A stretch of DNA of 64,000 nucleotides from the human T2T-CHM13v2.0 reference genome, Homo sapiens. The notes beneath the pieces are model-generated. The model saw only the letters and a program-made list of their open reading frames with translations. It searched no databases and was not told where the DNA came from. The stretch is taken from the NCBI RefSeq assembly GCF_009914755.1, contig NC_060928.1, one strand, 5' to 3'. Made by a program: the position numbers and the translations under genes. This document shows positions 40,009 through 58,194 of the stretch, one piece after another (the first letter of the stretch is position 1; every line of letters starts with the position of its first letter).

Positions 40009-41030
40009 ATGAGGAGAAACCAGAGCAGAAAAGCTGAAAATTCCAAAAAACAGAGCACTTCTTCTCCTCCAAGGGATCACAGCTCCTCACCAGCAAGGGA
40101 ACAAAACTGGACGGAGAATGAGTTTGACAAGGTGACAGAAGTAGGCTTCAGAAGGTCAGTAATAACAAACTTCTCTGAGCTAAAGAAGCATGTTCTAAAC
40201 CAACATAAAGAAGATAAAAACCTTGAAAGAAGGTTAGATGAATGGCTAACTAGAATAAACAGTGTAGAGAAGACCTTAAATTACCTCATGGAGCTGAAAA
40301 CCATGGCACAAGAACTTCGTGACACATACACAAGCATCAATAGCTGATTCAATCAAGTGGAAGAAAGGATATCAGTGATTGAAGATCAAATTAATGAAAC
40401 AAAGCAAGAAGACAAGATTAGAGAAAAAAGAGTGAAAAGAAACAAACAAATCCTCCAAGACATATGGGACTATGTGAAAAGACCAAATATACGTTTGATT
40501 GGTGTACCTGAAAGTGACTGGGAGAATGGAACCAAGTTAGGAAACACTCTTCAGGATATTATCCAGGAGAACTTCCCTAACCTAGCAAGGAAGGCCAACA
40601 TTCAAATTCAGGAAATAAAGAGAACACCACAAAGATACTCTTTGAGAAGAGCAACCTCAAGAAACAAGATTGTCAGCTTCACCAAGGTTAAAATGAAGGA
40701 AAAAATGTTAAGGGCAGCCAGAAAGCTCGGGTCACCCACAAAGGGAAGCCCATCAGACTAACAGCTGATCTCTTGGCAGAAACCATACAAGCCAGAAGAG
40801 AGTGGGGGCCAACATTCAATGTTCTTGAAGAAAATAACTTTCAACCCAGAATCTCATATCCAGCCAAACTAAGCTTCATAAGTGAAGGAGAAATAAAATC
40901 CTGTACAGACAAGCAAATGCTGAGAGATTTTGTCACCACCAGGCCTGCCTTACAAGAGCTCCTGAAGAAAGCACTAAACGTGGAAAGGAACAACTGGTAT
41001 GAGCCACTGCATAAACATGACAAATGGTAA
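40009..41030 (+). pseudogene. L1 ORF1p, broken by stop and frameshift
   Basis: MRRNQSRKAENSK.., WDYVKRPNIRLIGVPE, FQPRISYPAKLSF, split over three ORFs. Confidence 0.95.
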
Positions 41031-41093
41031 AGACCATTGACACTATGAAGAAACTGCATCAATTAACGGGCAAAATAACCAGCTAACATCGTA

Positions 41094-44921
<3,828 letters not shown>

Positions 44922-44975
44922 ACAATGAGAACACATGGACACAGGGTGGGGAACATCACACACCAGGGCCTTTCC

Positions 44976-44998
44976 GGGGGTGAGGGGCTAGGGGAGGG
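44976..44998 (+). other. G-quadruplex motif in the L1 3' UTR
   Basis: GGGGG-TGA-GGGG-CTA-GGGG-A-GGG fits G3+N1-7 x4. Confidence 0.75.
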
Positions 44999-45862
44999 AT
45001 AGCATTAGGAGAAATACCTAATGTAAATGATGAGTTGATGGGTGCAGCAAAACAACATGGCACATGAATATCTATGTAACAAACCTGCATATTGTGCACA
45101 TGTACCCTAGAACTTAAAGTATAAAAAAAATACCTTTCTGATGCTCACTTTGCTGCTAATAATATGAATGATAATTAAGATATACAATGTATGTAACTAT
45201 GGAGGTGAAGGGATTATCTTCATGATTTTATATCATCTTCACAACAACATATAATGTATGCATAACATAGATTATGTAAAATCTGCATTTTTATTTTATT
45301 TTATTTAAAACTGTCATTGTTTGTTCACTCCCTTTAAAAAAATCCACACTATAATGTAAACAATATGAAGTCAAGGATTTTATCTGCCTGTTTCCCTGTT
45401 ATTCTTCAGTGCTTGCCTGATGCCTGATCCAAAGGTGATATTTAACCTGACTTTCTAAATACATGGCACTCAGAGATTAAGTGGCTTTCCCACAGTAACA
45501 CAACTACTATAGCACTGTCCTATTCCAAAGACTCTTCTTAGTGAACTTTATACGTAGTTTCAAGGGGTACCTTCATAGCCCTGCTAGGATTAGAATTAGG
45601 GATTCCTTATGCCATTTGGATTTATCCAATAATGGTGGAGCTAAAGTTCTGCTATATTTTACCTAATTTGGGAGAATGTTTTACTCTAGATATATAACAT
45701 CAGATTCTTATTAAACACGAATGACTTGCTGTAAGGGTTTTTCTTTTCATCACAGTAGCATTTTCCCATCGTATTCTAATTTAGTCCTAATGGAAGTAAC
45801 TGAGCCATGAACGTCAACTTCCCCTTTCTCAGATAACCCATATAAAGTTATGTTTTTCAAAA

Positions 45863-45985
45863 CAAAATCAAAATTCAACTATCATATGATCAAGCAATAC
45901 CACTGGATATATATCCTACTGAGTATCAATCCAAAGGAAATGAAATCAGTATGTCTAAGAAATATCTGCACTTCCATGTTAATTA
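45863..45985 (+). mobile_element. Right half of the older L1 interrupted at 38978
   Basis: 'actatcatatgatcaagcaataccactgg..ccaaaggaaatgaaatcagtatgtc' is the L1 sequence expected directly after 'aaaataga' at 38978. Confidence 0.85.
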
Positions 45986-46309
45986 AAGGTAACCATTCTA
46001 TAATGTAATTCTATAATGTAAACATATTTTCAAACATTATTATTCACCACAAATATACACAATTCTGATTTTTCACTTAAAATAAATTATAAAAAAAGAA
46101 AAACATATATTGCATTATTTTTGTTTGTGCTACAAACCAAAAAGACAGCAATGAAGGAGGTAGCTGCAATCTTAGCCTTCGTAGACCTTATAATTTAACT
46201 ACAGTCAATTAAAAAATAAGCAATTGCAATATAGTGTGTAAAGTTCTAGATGTTAGGGAAGCACCTAGTAGGGCACCTAAATCAAAATAAGTTTTCATCT
46301 TTCTATAAA

Positions 46310-46500
46310 AATGGAAACCTGGTATAGAAAATAGTATGTTTGTCCTGGAGTCAAGCTAACTGGATCAGTTGAAAGTCTGGTTCGTTCTTTTATTTACTGT
46401 ATGCTAGAAAAGTTTCTTAATCCTTCTGAGCATCAATTTTTAACTTTCCAAATTCCACCTTATAAATTAGTTGTTTAAGTAAAATAACATGATATTTATA
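46310..46500 (+). mobile_element. MIR SINE, degraded
   Basis: 'tttcttaatccttctgagcatcaatttt' core. Confidence 0.55.
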
Positions 46501-47109
46501 ATCAGAAGGGGAAGTACCAACTTCGGTTCAAAAATAGGTATGTACAGTCTTAATAAATGTGACAATCTTGGCATTCATATTTGCTTAAAGAGAAATCTAG
46601 AAATTTGGGACCTAGATATCCTGAAATACCAAGAATAGCTGTTCCTCTGACTCTTGAATGAAAACTACGGCAGAGTCAATGACTTTTCTTTTCTTACTGT
46701 TCTCACATAGTAGAAATTCTCATATAGGTTTCTAATAAGAAAAATAATCTTAGTTCAGCAAGTAACATATTCAGCCGTATTTATCGTCAAACTACACCTA
46801 AAATTAAAATATTTCCCCTCCCTTAATATAGGTTTATTGCTGCCTGCAGCGTAAAAAGAGTTGTGGTCAGCGGCTTTTCTCTTTCCTCACCTAGTGACAC
46901 TCCTCTTCCTCTAAGTGTCTGCTTGGTTTGTATGGTTGTGATGGTCTAACATTGGCACTATCTGGACCTGAAAGCTGTTTAAGCCTGGCATGTTTCTTTC
47001 ATGAGGTGCCTTGAGGGGTAGCTCTGTGTTACTCGGATCTATGAACAACAATTTTCTTGAGCTGTGCAAAGACATCCCTTTCTAGCAGGTTGCCTATGAC
47101 TTCTGAACT

Positions 47110-47174
47110 AAGCACCCAGTATTATACCTAGTGATTCTTTTAGTAGAAGCACCCAGTATTACACCTAGTGATTC

Positions 47175-47184
<10 letters not shown>
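47110..47184. repeat. 37/38-bp tandem duplication
   Basis: aagcacccagtatta(t/c)acctagtgattctttt(-/c)ag(t/c)ag x2. Confidence 0.95.
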
Positions 47185-47479
<295 letters not shown>

Positions 47480-48146
47480 TAGTAATTTACAGGTTATTAG
47501 TCCAAAAATGTCTGTAGGAATACAATACATTTAAGCAACATAATTAAGAAGTCCAATCTAATGAAAATATAGAGAACTTTAAATCCAGAAATGATTTTTC
47601 TTCTTATTTTTAAAAGTCAACCACATTTCTAGTTATAAAGCCAGTTACAATAATCATTAAAGAATCATAATCATGTAAAATACATTTTCTAACCAAATTG
47701 AAACTAAGATGATCATAAATAAAACAACTAATAAAGTCATATGTATTTGGGAATTTAAAAACTCACTTTTAAGTAACTCACAAATCAAAGAAAAAATATT
47801 AGAAGAAATTAGAATATGCAAAGAACAAACTGGCACTGATAACCAAAATACCATGGGCTAAAAATTAAGAAGCTAACTTTACGGTGTAAAAAGTTAAATA
47901 GAATAATTCTGATGATAGTAAAAGAGGTAAAGTTTCCCAAATAATTGTATTGGTATAATTGTTATGCCAAAACCATAAACTGACACTAGAAGGAAAGAGG
48001 TTTTCAGGTTAATCTTAGTCATGAACATATTGGCTAAAATCCCAAAAAGAATATTAGCAGTAAAAACTATAAAGTATTATAAATTACAACCAAATCAAGT
48101 TTATACTAAAAATGGAAGTGCAGTTTATATTGAAAGGTGTTCATTG

Positions 48147-48309
48147 TTAGCCAGGCATGGTGGCACATGACTGTGTCCCTTGCTACTTTAAGGGCTGGTG
48201 TGGAAGGATTGCTTGAGCCAAGGAGGTTGTGGCTGCAGTGGGTCTTGATTGTGGCACTGCACTCTAGCCTCAGTGACAAAGAGAGACCTTGTCTGAAAAG
48301 AAAAGAAAA
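48147..48309 (+). mobile_element. Alu right monomer (FRAM or 5'-truncated AluJ)
   Basis: TSD aaaggTGttcattg (48133-48146) / aaaggCAttcattg (48310-48323). Confidence 0.9.
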
Positions 48310-48783
48310 AAAGGCATTCATTGAATATATTCATTTAGTCATTTAACAGATAAAATGTTAAAATCCTATTATTTAAGAGATCAAAAAAAGCATCAAACTT
48401 CAACAACTTTGATGATAATAACTTAGCCAAATAGAAGAGAGAAATCTTCTGGAAATAGAAGTTCCTTTACTTGATAAAGTGTACCTATTAAAATCTATTA
48501 AATAATGAAATGCTAACTGGAACAGTAAGGAAAGTAAGTCAAGAAATAAAAATAAAATCTGTAAGATTTGAAAGGGAAGAAATAAAACTGTATTTATATA
48601 GAAAAGCTAAACAAATCTAGAGATAAATCAATAGAATTAATAAGAATTGCTGGACATGAAGTCAATATACCAAAGTTAATTGTATCTTATACTCTAGCAA
48701 CAGAGGGAAAATATGTCTTGTTAAAAAAGTAGCATTTCCAATATTAACAAATATGTAAGGAATTCAAGAACAAACATTATATG

Positions 48784-49288
<505 letters not shown>

Positions 49289-50084
49289 TTAATCTGTACA
49301 TTCAATGAAATTTCAATGACTATATCAATAATGTTTGTATGGAAATTAGCCTTCAGATTCTAAAATAAGTTTAAAAAAGAGAAGATATAAGAACAAGCAA
49401 GAAAGTTTTAAAGAAGAAAGAGAAGTTATGGTACATATCTTATCAGATATGAAGACATTATGAAGCTATACTATTTACAGCTACATGTATTTGGTTAGAG
49501 AGAAAAAAATCAGACTAATGGAACAGAATAAGGAACTCAACTGAATGAACACTGATATGTGAAAACTTCTTTTATTAGAGGTACCATAGAAGACCTGAAA
49601 GGAATAATAAACTGTCCATGAATGATGGCTAGAAATTGTTTTTTCCTATGGGAAAATAACTCTAAAATAAATAATAAAAAAATTCTAGGTGATTAAAATC
49701 TATATGTGAAAAACACAACTTTAAAGTTTTAGAAAAAAATGTAGAACATGTTTATAATTTCAGGATAAGAAATGGTTTCTTTAAATGATATTAAAAAGAA
49801 AAACATAAACAGAAATATTAATTGTACTACACAACAGAAAAGCTTTTGTGTTTCAAAAGACATCACTTTAAAAGACAGGAAAAAGTAAAGCATTAGTCTG
49901 AGAGAAGTTATTTGCAATATATTTAATCAACAAAGGGTTGATATATAAAGAACACACCAATATTAATAAGCACAAAAATATTGATAGCAAAAGGTATGAA
50001 CAAGCAATGCAATAGAAGGGGTGCTCAAGTAACTAATAAACATAAGAAAATAGGTCTGGCCTCAGCAGTAAAGCAAAGTTATGG

Positions 50085-50190
50085 CTAGCCTGTAGCTCTG
50101 ATGTAACATTAGCAAGAAATAAATATTTGTGGTTGGTAGTCACTGATAAATTGGCATTGTTTGTTACCACAGGAAAAACTAACAAATACA
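50085..50190 (+). mobile_element. MLT1 LTR 3' fragment
   Basis: 'gaaataaatatttgtggttg..gtcactga..ttgtttgttaccacag..aataca'. Confidence 0.6.
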
Positions 50191-50786
50191 CTGTTAAAGC
50201 TGAATGAGATTCAACAATGTGCTCTGGTGTTAGAGCTGCCTTTCACCAACCAAGTAACTGAGCTCACCTTCTTAGGGAGGAATAGAGGGTGAGATGACTG
50301 GCCATCTGTTTTTAGGAAAATCCCTTCTCATGAAAACCAGGAGTGTGGAATAAACCTTCATCTCTAACATGCCCAAGTCAGTGTTATCTACTTGGAGGAA
50401 GAGGTGAGTAGTCTATTGGGGAAGTCTACTTTTCATCTTCTTGAGGTCCCTTGCTCAAGACTAACCACTGGTCTTTTGTGTATCCTCTCCAAATGTCTAG
50501 TATTCAGTGTTGAAATATGCTCAGGTCAGAGCATTCACTGATTAACTTAACTTCAGAGTTATGCTCTGCCTAGGGCAGCATCTTTACCCTCTATTCTAAT
50601 TTTTATTTCAAATTACGGCAATCCACAATGTCCACTATGGCTCATTAATCATTCTATGAATTCAAAACAATTAAAATATCCTATTAATAGTGTCAGCAAC
50701 ATTTAAATGTTCAAAAATTGTATACATATAACTCTTCTCCTTTGTTGAATTCTTACAGACAAATTAAAATTAAAGATTATAGTTCT

Positions 50787-51091
<305 letters not shown>

Positions 51092-51358
51092 ATAGCTCCA
51101 AAGGACTTATAGACCCAGACAATTAAACTGGAATTCAGATTTGGTAGCATTAGCAATGTTAGCATTGCTAATACAGAGGAAATCTTCACTATTCATTACT
51201 TGAAGGTCCACATGGCCATCTCTTCATGCTAGAGCTTTAGGCCCAGCAAATCTAAAAACCACAGTCCTCGATTTCATACACAAAAGCCTTTTCAGCAAAT
51301 AAGGTCTGCTTGTAGTTGGCCATACCCTGATGAATGGCTTCAAACTGCATGGACGAAC

Positions 51359-51646
51359 TTTTTTTTGAGACGGAGTCTCACTCTGTTACCCAGGCTGGAG
51401 TAAAATAGCAGATCTCAGCTCACTGCAACCTCCGTCTCTCGGGTTCAAGCGGTTTTCCTGTCTCAGCCTCTCAAATAGCTGGGATTACAGGTGCTTGGCA
51501 CCATGCCCAACTAATTCTTTGTATTTTTAGTAAAGATGGGATTTCACCATGTTTGCCAGGCTGGTCTTGAACTCCTGACCTCGTGATTCGCCCGCCTCGG
51601 CCTCCCGAAGTGCTGAGATTGCAGGCCTGAGCCACCGCGCCAGGCC
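51359..51646 (-). mobile_element. AluSg-like
   Basis: Full dimer in antisense; degraded TSD ggacgaact / agatgaact. Confidence 0.95.
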
Positions 51647-51859
51647 AGATGAACTATTTAAGTATGTTATCGTTGCGCTTAGTGAGGAGGTCACCTGTCC
51701 ACACACCTTTTACTTCTGTCTGGAGTCATTGTCCTTTCGTTTTTGCCCAGTTTGAGTGAGGAATGAGTCTCTTGTCTTTAATTGGGGCTGCTACCATCCC
51801 AAGGCAGGTACTGCATTCTCATGCTCTGGAATATGCTAGGCATGCTCACACAGCCCATG

Positions 51860-51928
51860 CCTTTGGAACACCAGGTCTCAGCTGCTTTTGGAACACCAGT
51901 TCCTTTGGAACACCAGGTCTCAGCTGCT
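51860..51928. repeat. Complex tandem duplication (27 bp + partial + 27 bp)
   Basis: cctttggaacaccaggtctcagctgct at 51860-51886 and 51902-51928, with tttggaacaccag between. Confidence 0.95.
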
Positions 51929-52729
51929 AGATTGAAGATAGGGATCAAGATTCCTTGGGAAATAGTTACATAAATGTTATAGAACAAGCAAAATCAGCCA
52001 GAAGATGTCTGAAAAGCTTGCGTTCAGACAATCATCTCTAACTCCAAAACCTGATTTGCATATCCTAGCATCTAATCTCCAATTTCAGTGTTTTACCCAA
52101 ACAGACTCTTCACCCAATTCAGAGTCACATTCCTTTGGGTGGAATTCCCGCACCACCTCATTTAGATACTCCCTCTCTCAATAGTCCTGTGCCAGTCCTC
52201 AGTGCCCAAAGCCACTGCCAGCACCAGAAAAGCTCTTAATAGGGCTATTTTGGCAAGGAAGCCATTCCAAATCCTTTCCACCATGCACTAGCTATTAGCA
52301 TATTCTTAACTTTTTCTTAACTTATTCTTAAATTTTTCTTTCTCAGTGCTGCCACTAATCAGATACTACATAGGCCAAGTGTGTATGGTTACCGTGTTCT
52401 GTAGCTTGCGTGTTTTATCAGAACCCCTGCCTGAAGAGCCTGTGCTACAAGACCCAGAAATTCTCAGAATTGATGTAGCTAACTTTTTTCCTGTGATTGG
52501 ATGGTGAAGAACATGCGTTTAACTATGCTGTCTGCGAGTCTGGTTTCCAGTGACTTCAGTTAGGCTAGTTCTCTATGTAACAAAAACATAGTTATTGCCT
52601 TAGGGTCCCTAAGCCAGCAGTGATGGATTAGACAATGCCGAAGTTTATGATAGTCAATAAATTACTCTTGGTATAGTGATGGGTCCAAGGATGAGTAGCT
52701 TTTGGTGAATCAGTTTTTGTCTCAGCCTT

Positions 52730-53020
52730 TATCTTACTTTATCCAGTGTGCTATAACAAACTTCCATAAACTGGGTGGCTTATAAACAACAGAAATATAT
52801 TTCTCACTATTCTGGAGGCTGGAAAATCTAAGATCAAGGCACTGAGAGATTTGGTGTCTGGTGAGTGCCCTCTTCCTCATAGTTAGCCGCCTTCTCATTC
52901 TAACCTCACATGGTAGAAGGGTCCAGCTAGCTGTCTGGGGTTTGTTTTAAAAGGGCACTAATCCGATTGATGAGCACTCTACCCTCATAACCTAATCACC
53001 TTCCAACGAGATGAATTTGA
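52730..53020 (-). mobile_element. MLT1A0 LTR lacking its 5' end
   Basis: 'tgctataacaaacttccataaactgggtggcttataaacaacagaaat..ctaatcacc'. Confidence 0.88.
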
Positions 53021-53209
53021 GATAAAAATTCCAGAAATTATGTAGTGTTTCTAAAACCCATATGCCAAGGTCTTTGCTGGATTACAGACAGATTGGGTCC
53101 TCAGCTATGTTTGCTTTCCCAAAGTGGCCACTGAGTATAGACACTCCAGGCACAATTAACACTATACATACTTTAAAATGCCCGAACTTCCCGAGAACTT
53201 CTAAAGGAA

Positions 53210-53283
53210 TGCTGTGGTCTGAATGTTTGTGTCCCCTTCAAATTCATATGGTGGTGAAACTCATCTGAAATGATTAGTAGCCC
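53210..53283 (+). mobile_element. MLT1A-type LTR 5'-end fragment
   Basis: 'tgctgtggtctgaatgtttgtgtccccttcaaattcatatg'. Confidence 0.8.
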
Positions 53284-53318
53284 AGCTCAAGGGTCTTTTT
53301 GTGCTTCTGAATATATGG

Positions 53319-53731
53319 TGATATAGTTCGGATATTTGTCACCACCAAAATCTCACAGGGAAATATAATCCCTAGTGTTGGAGGTGGGGTCTGGTGGGAG
53401 GAGATTGGATCATGAGGATGGATTTCTCATGAATTGTTTAGAGTCACCCTTTTGGTGCTGTCCTCGAAATAATGAGTTTGTATGAGATCTGGTCATTTAA
53501 AAGGGTGTGGCACCTCCCCTGCACTCTCTCTTGCTCCTGCTCTTGCCATATGAGATACCTGCTCCCGCTTCACCTTCTGCCATGATTGGAAGCTTCCTGC
53601 TCCCCAGAAGCAGATGATGGTGCTATACTTCGTATACAGTCTGCAGAACTCTGAGGCAATTAAGCCCCTTTTCTTATACATTGCCCAGTCTCAGGTATTT
53701 CTTTATAGCAATACAAGAAGAGCCTAATGCA
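53319..53731 (+). mobile_element. MSTA/B MaLR solo LTR
   Basis: tgatatagttcggatatttgtc...cccagtctcaggtatttctttatagcaa..ctaatgca. Confidence 0.92.
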
Positions 53732-56700
53732 CATTGTCAGGCATGGTTAAAAAAAAAAAGTACAATTCACCCTTTTTTTCTAACTGTGCTATTTTAAATG
53801 TAGTCAGCTATGACTCCTGAACATCTGCTAGGGCTTTTAATATTACCAGGTACTTCTAACCCCCCATCCCCAATCCTCATATACATTAACCATCCTAATT
53901 ATTAAAATCCTCACATTTCTACCAAATTTTAGATAATTTTCAATCATTACTCCAGCATACATACAGTAGCTCCTTAAATTTGCTGGGTTGCCTCACTTGA
54001 TGGATGAGGGGTTGAGGTTTTACGGTGATCCACGGTTGTGTGTATTCCCTGAGTGTAGTCCTGCCCAGAATGGAGCTTTTCATGGTTATTTCATGGATGA
54101 CTGTGTAGAGTCTAAAGATAGTATATACCACACCATGGGGTTGTTACTATACTTACCTATAACATTTACCCATCCGAAAGCAATTGGAAGGAATTTTGGT
54201 AGAACTAGATGTAGATATGTGGTACCCATATCCTCACCTACCAACTTCCAAATCACCTCAAACATTGTGCAAATAGGACCTTTGACAGCAATAATATTTT
54301 ATTTAAACGCAACTAAGCATCCCAGAGGCATAAGCCACAGGTCTTTTTTCTTACAATATATTTAGGTTAGTCCTATGACTACCATACCATATAAAATTAT
54401 GGTAGCTTTTGCATAGTAAAATATTAGTAAACTATTGTAAACAATGAAAATGAAAACATCGTTGCAATTTGTGAAAGACTTTTTAAATAAAAAATTATAT
54501 TTATTAAATTTTATATACATAGTTACCATAGGTGGACTATGATTGGAATGAAATGAAAAATCATTTATTACTTGCTACCGTGAAATTATAGGTGAATATT
54601 CTTAGAATAGAAAATATTTCAGTTAATTCTATAATTATAAGCACATAATAAAAATAAATGGAGAAAATCAAATAGCATCTTGTCCAAAGAATTTTATTTG
54701 ATTTTTATTTTATTTTATTTTGAATTTTATTAAAGTTAAAAATAAAGAGAAAATTCACGAGTTTAGAATCTGTTGGATAAATGAAAATTCACAAAGTAAG
54801 ATCTTTAGAGATTTATATAAATAGGGAAGTATTGTAAAGCACAAAAGCAAAGTCATGACACCAGCAGTTATGCTATTATATTGATCAAGGTACAGTATCC
54901 TTATGTATCTTTCTGTAATAAGACCATGTCTATCCAGTTGCTAATTCTAACTCAATGAGACAATTCAGGTGAAGGTGAACTGAAGACTTGAACTCTTCTG
55001 TGCACTGAGGAACACAACACATTGCTTATCTTCACTGAAGGGATATATCAGATTTAGGCTCTTGTTTTATCATGTGCTCTATTGCATTCCACAAATTGCT
55101 CTATCCATGATAGTTTAAAAAGTGAAAAACTTGTATTTCTTTGTACCCAAACAACAGAGAGAAGAAAAAGCTCATGACCATGAGCATGATTGTTTGAGAA
55201 TAAGCAACACTATCTGTACACATTTCTTATGACAATACTTTTATTTAATCCTATTATTGTATGTTTGCAAAGAGAATTCCTGTTACTCATGAAAAATAAT
55301 ACCCAGAATTACCTTTGGCCTTTCCCACATATTACCATGATTTTCTGGTAAACAAGCCCTCCTTAAATTTAACATCAATATCCCACTGCATCATCTCCAG
55401 GAGATCATGCCATTTGTAATCATAAACACTATGCCAATAAAAAATTAAGTTTCCCAAGCTCTTAAATATAATGTAGTAAACAAAGAGTGAAAATATGCCT
55501 TTGTGATGAAGCCATTCTCTGGAACCTGTCTATATTAATGTGTACTGCTTGGAAGACACGATGAATGAATTAATGTTGCATATCTCCTGTTAATTTTGGT
55601 GCCCTGTGCATATAACCTCAGTTTCTGCCCACTGTTGCTTTCAAAAGAAAGTGAAGGGTATATGAATAATCCAAATCAGACCTTCTAAACCTAGTGGTGA
55701 ACACAGTTCAAACTAGCACTTCTTCTAAAATAATCAATTTGGTTTGTGGTACTGGAGACACTATTGAGTTAGTAATTTGGTAATTTTGAATGGCTGTAGG
55801 TATTATATTATGAGTTAATATGATCAATACATTAATAATAAAACTTTAAAACATAAGATTTAGCATTTTTGATGGATTCAAGTAATGTCCATAGGCAGAT
55901 CTGTTGAATATATTCTAAGGTAGACTGGACCAAGTATCACACACACCCGTGAGGTTTTATCTACAAAACTTCATTAGAATATCTGCTATGAAATTCCATG
56001 GAATAAACTGTGAAAGGAGCTATGATGCACAAGTCTTTGACTTGGTTATTTAGCTCTGATGAGAACATAGCATAGAGGAAAATAAACCTCTTCTGACTCA
56101 CTTAAACATTTTTGTTTCATAGACATTTTCTGGTGCTGAGGCAGCCATAGAAATGGAAAATTTCAAAACTACAATAGTTCAGAAAAAAGTTTGAGGCACT
56201 ACTCCATTTACAGGTCATCTACAATCACTCAAACCTCATCATTGATCATTTAAATATTTGTCCCAGATAAGCTACACTATGTACTGATGATTAATCGAGT
56301 GTTGGCAATGACCTTTTGGTTAATGAGAGTAATGAAGTCTTTTTTTTTTTTTTGAGAGAATGATGCTACAGAGATGATTCAACTATAAAAGGGACATAAA
56401 CTTTATGTTGATTTCCTAATTGTGGTGATGTATTAGCCTTGATTTTCCTTGAAACATTCGCTGTATTTTAGAAGGATATAATTGTTCCTGCAGACATTGT
56501 TGATACAACTGTACAAGGTTCAAGTAAATAAACTGGCCCACATAGTTTCTACCCACTTCCTTGCCTTCCCCTGAACTGTGTTCTGACCAACTGAACTGCT
56601 CAACTCAAGCCAAAACATTGTAGCTAATACTTCTGCCCATCACCTACACTCAGTGTGGGAATTTTGCAAGAGTTTCTAAGGAAATTTCAGACATATAACA

Positions 56701-58194
56701 TTTATATAATTCATAATTATGAAACCTGAGAACCTTGTGTCAGTCCATCCTAGGACTTAGAGTATTCTGTCAGTGTACATTTACTGTATCTATAAAATAT
56801 TAAGCAATGTGTTTTGGAGTCTTATCATGAGCTACAGAATGACTCTGTGGTAATCAATTTCAGCCATTTAAGTCACCTCAAATACCAAATTGATGGTGTT
56901 ACCAGTGGCAGAAGGCAAATTCCTTCCAGAGTGCTGGGAATAAAATCGAGTTTATCACACAAATCCACAAGATGCTATTTTGGCTTTTATGAGCTGTGTT
57001 ATATTTAGCAGGGCATGATGGCTGTCTCTGCAACTATTCAACTACAAAATGAGTGTGATAACTACTCTTCAGGAAAACATTGAGGTTTAGATGTATAAAA
57101 GAAAAGTTCCAGAAAGACTGTAAATAACTGAAGGAAATTATTATAATTTTGACTTGGTCTAATAAGTATTAAATGATATTTCAGCTCTGGGAATTCTGAA
57201 TGGATTTTGGAATCTCTGAAAATCTTTTACTTCTGAAAAGGTATATATTAATCTTAACCATATTCTCCCTTCAAATCTATCCATTTGAGAAATAAACCAA
57301 CAAAGTCACCTGAGAATCATTGATAATTTTGTCTTGGTAAGAATTCCAAAAAAGTGTATTTCAAACCCTTTCAACTAAAGAGCCCCTTTAGCCCAATATT
57401 ATTCACAGATTTTAAAGTCCCAAAGATAGGTCAATACTTTGGTCATGGTATTCATGTGTATGAACATAAATATTCTTATTCTATCACTTCTACTCACCAG
57501 AGTTAAAAAATAAGAGGGAATTTTTACTTTTTGATTTGTTAGGTCTGATCCAGAACTTTGAATTCTTTACATCAAATTTCCATAATTATTTGATTACTTC
57601 TTTAGATAGATTTTGGTACTGCTGGTAGTGTTTTGGAATACAGTAGTTTGTGACAAAAAAATTCAGAAAGTAACATGTTTAATTACAAGTAAGAAGTTTA
57701 CTTTATTGGTCTGCTTTTTAATTTAGTTTTTAAAAATTACATCTTTAGAAATAAATTTACTTAAAATGGTCAGTTAAATAAAGCACAAAGGATTTTGGTG
57801 TGATTTCAGGGCAGATACATAGATAGTAAAGGCTGAACTTTTCTAGAATATAATTTCAATGGAGGCCGTGATATTTTTTAAAAAATTAATTAAATAAATA
57901 AAAACCCCTCTATTCAGGCCCACCTGAAAGTGTAAGAGAATGGCTACTTACCTTGTGTTTCAATACTTCCCAAAGGCTCACTGTATTCCATTTGGATTAG
58001 ATTATCTGTTCTTTGAACAGTCTGGTGGGCCTTTTCCTCTGATGTTCTTTCTTTGAGAAGTATCTTTCTTTATCATCTTGGCAATGTCCTCCTTCAAACT
58101 TTTGCATTGAAGGATTTCTGTTTTTCCAAGGCAGTGTTAGATGTTCCTGCTTTCATACTTTCAATATCCTTGGTGCATATTTCTACTCTACAGT

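Noticed and set aside
51860-51928. CRISPR-like repeat-spacer-repeat pattern
   Set aside because: The 'spacer' is itself a partial repeat, there are only two full units, the context is eukaryotic and there are no cas genes.
53860-54365. C/A-rich stretch and 125-aa ORF, as a possible NUMT or processed pseudogene
   Set aside because: I could not match it to any mitochondrial or nuclear protein; no poly(A) or TSD.
56710-56723. 14-bp perfect palindrome ttcataattatgaa
   Set aside because: Expected by chance in 64 kb of AT-rich DNA.
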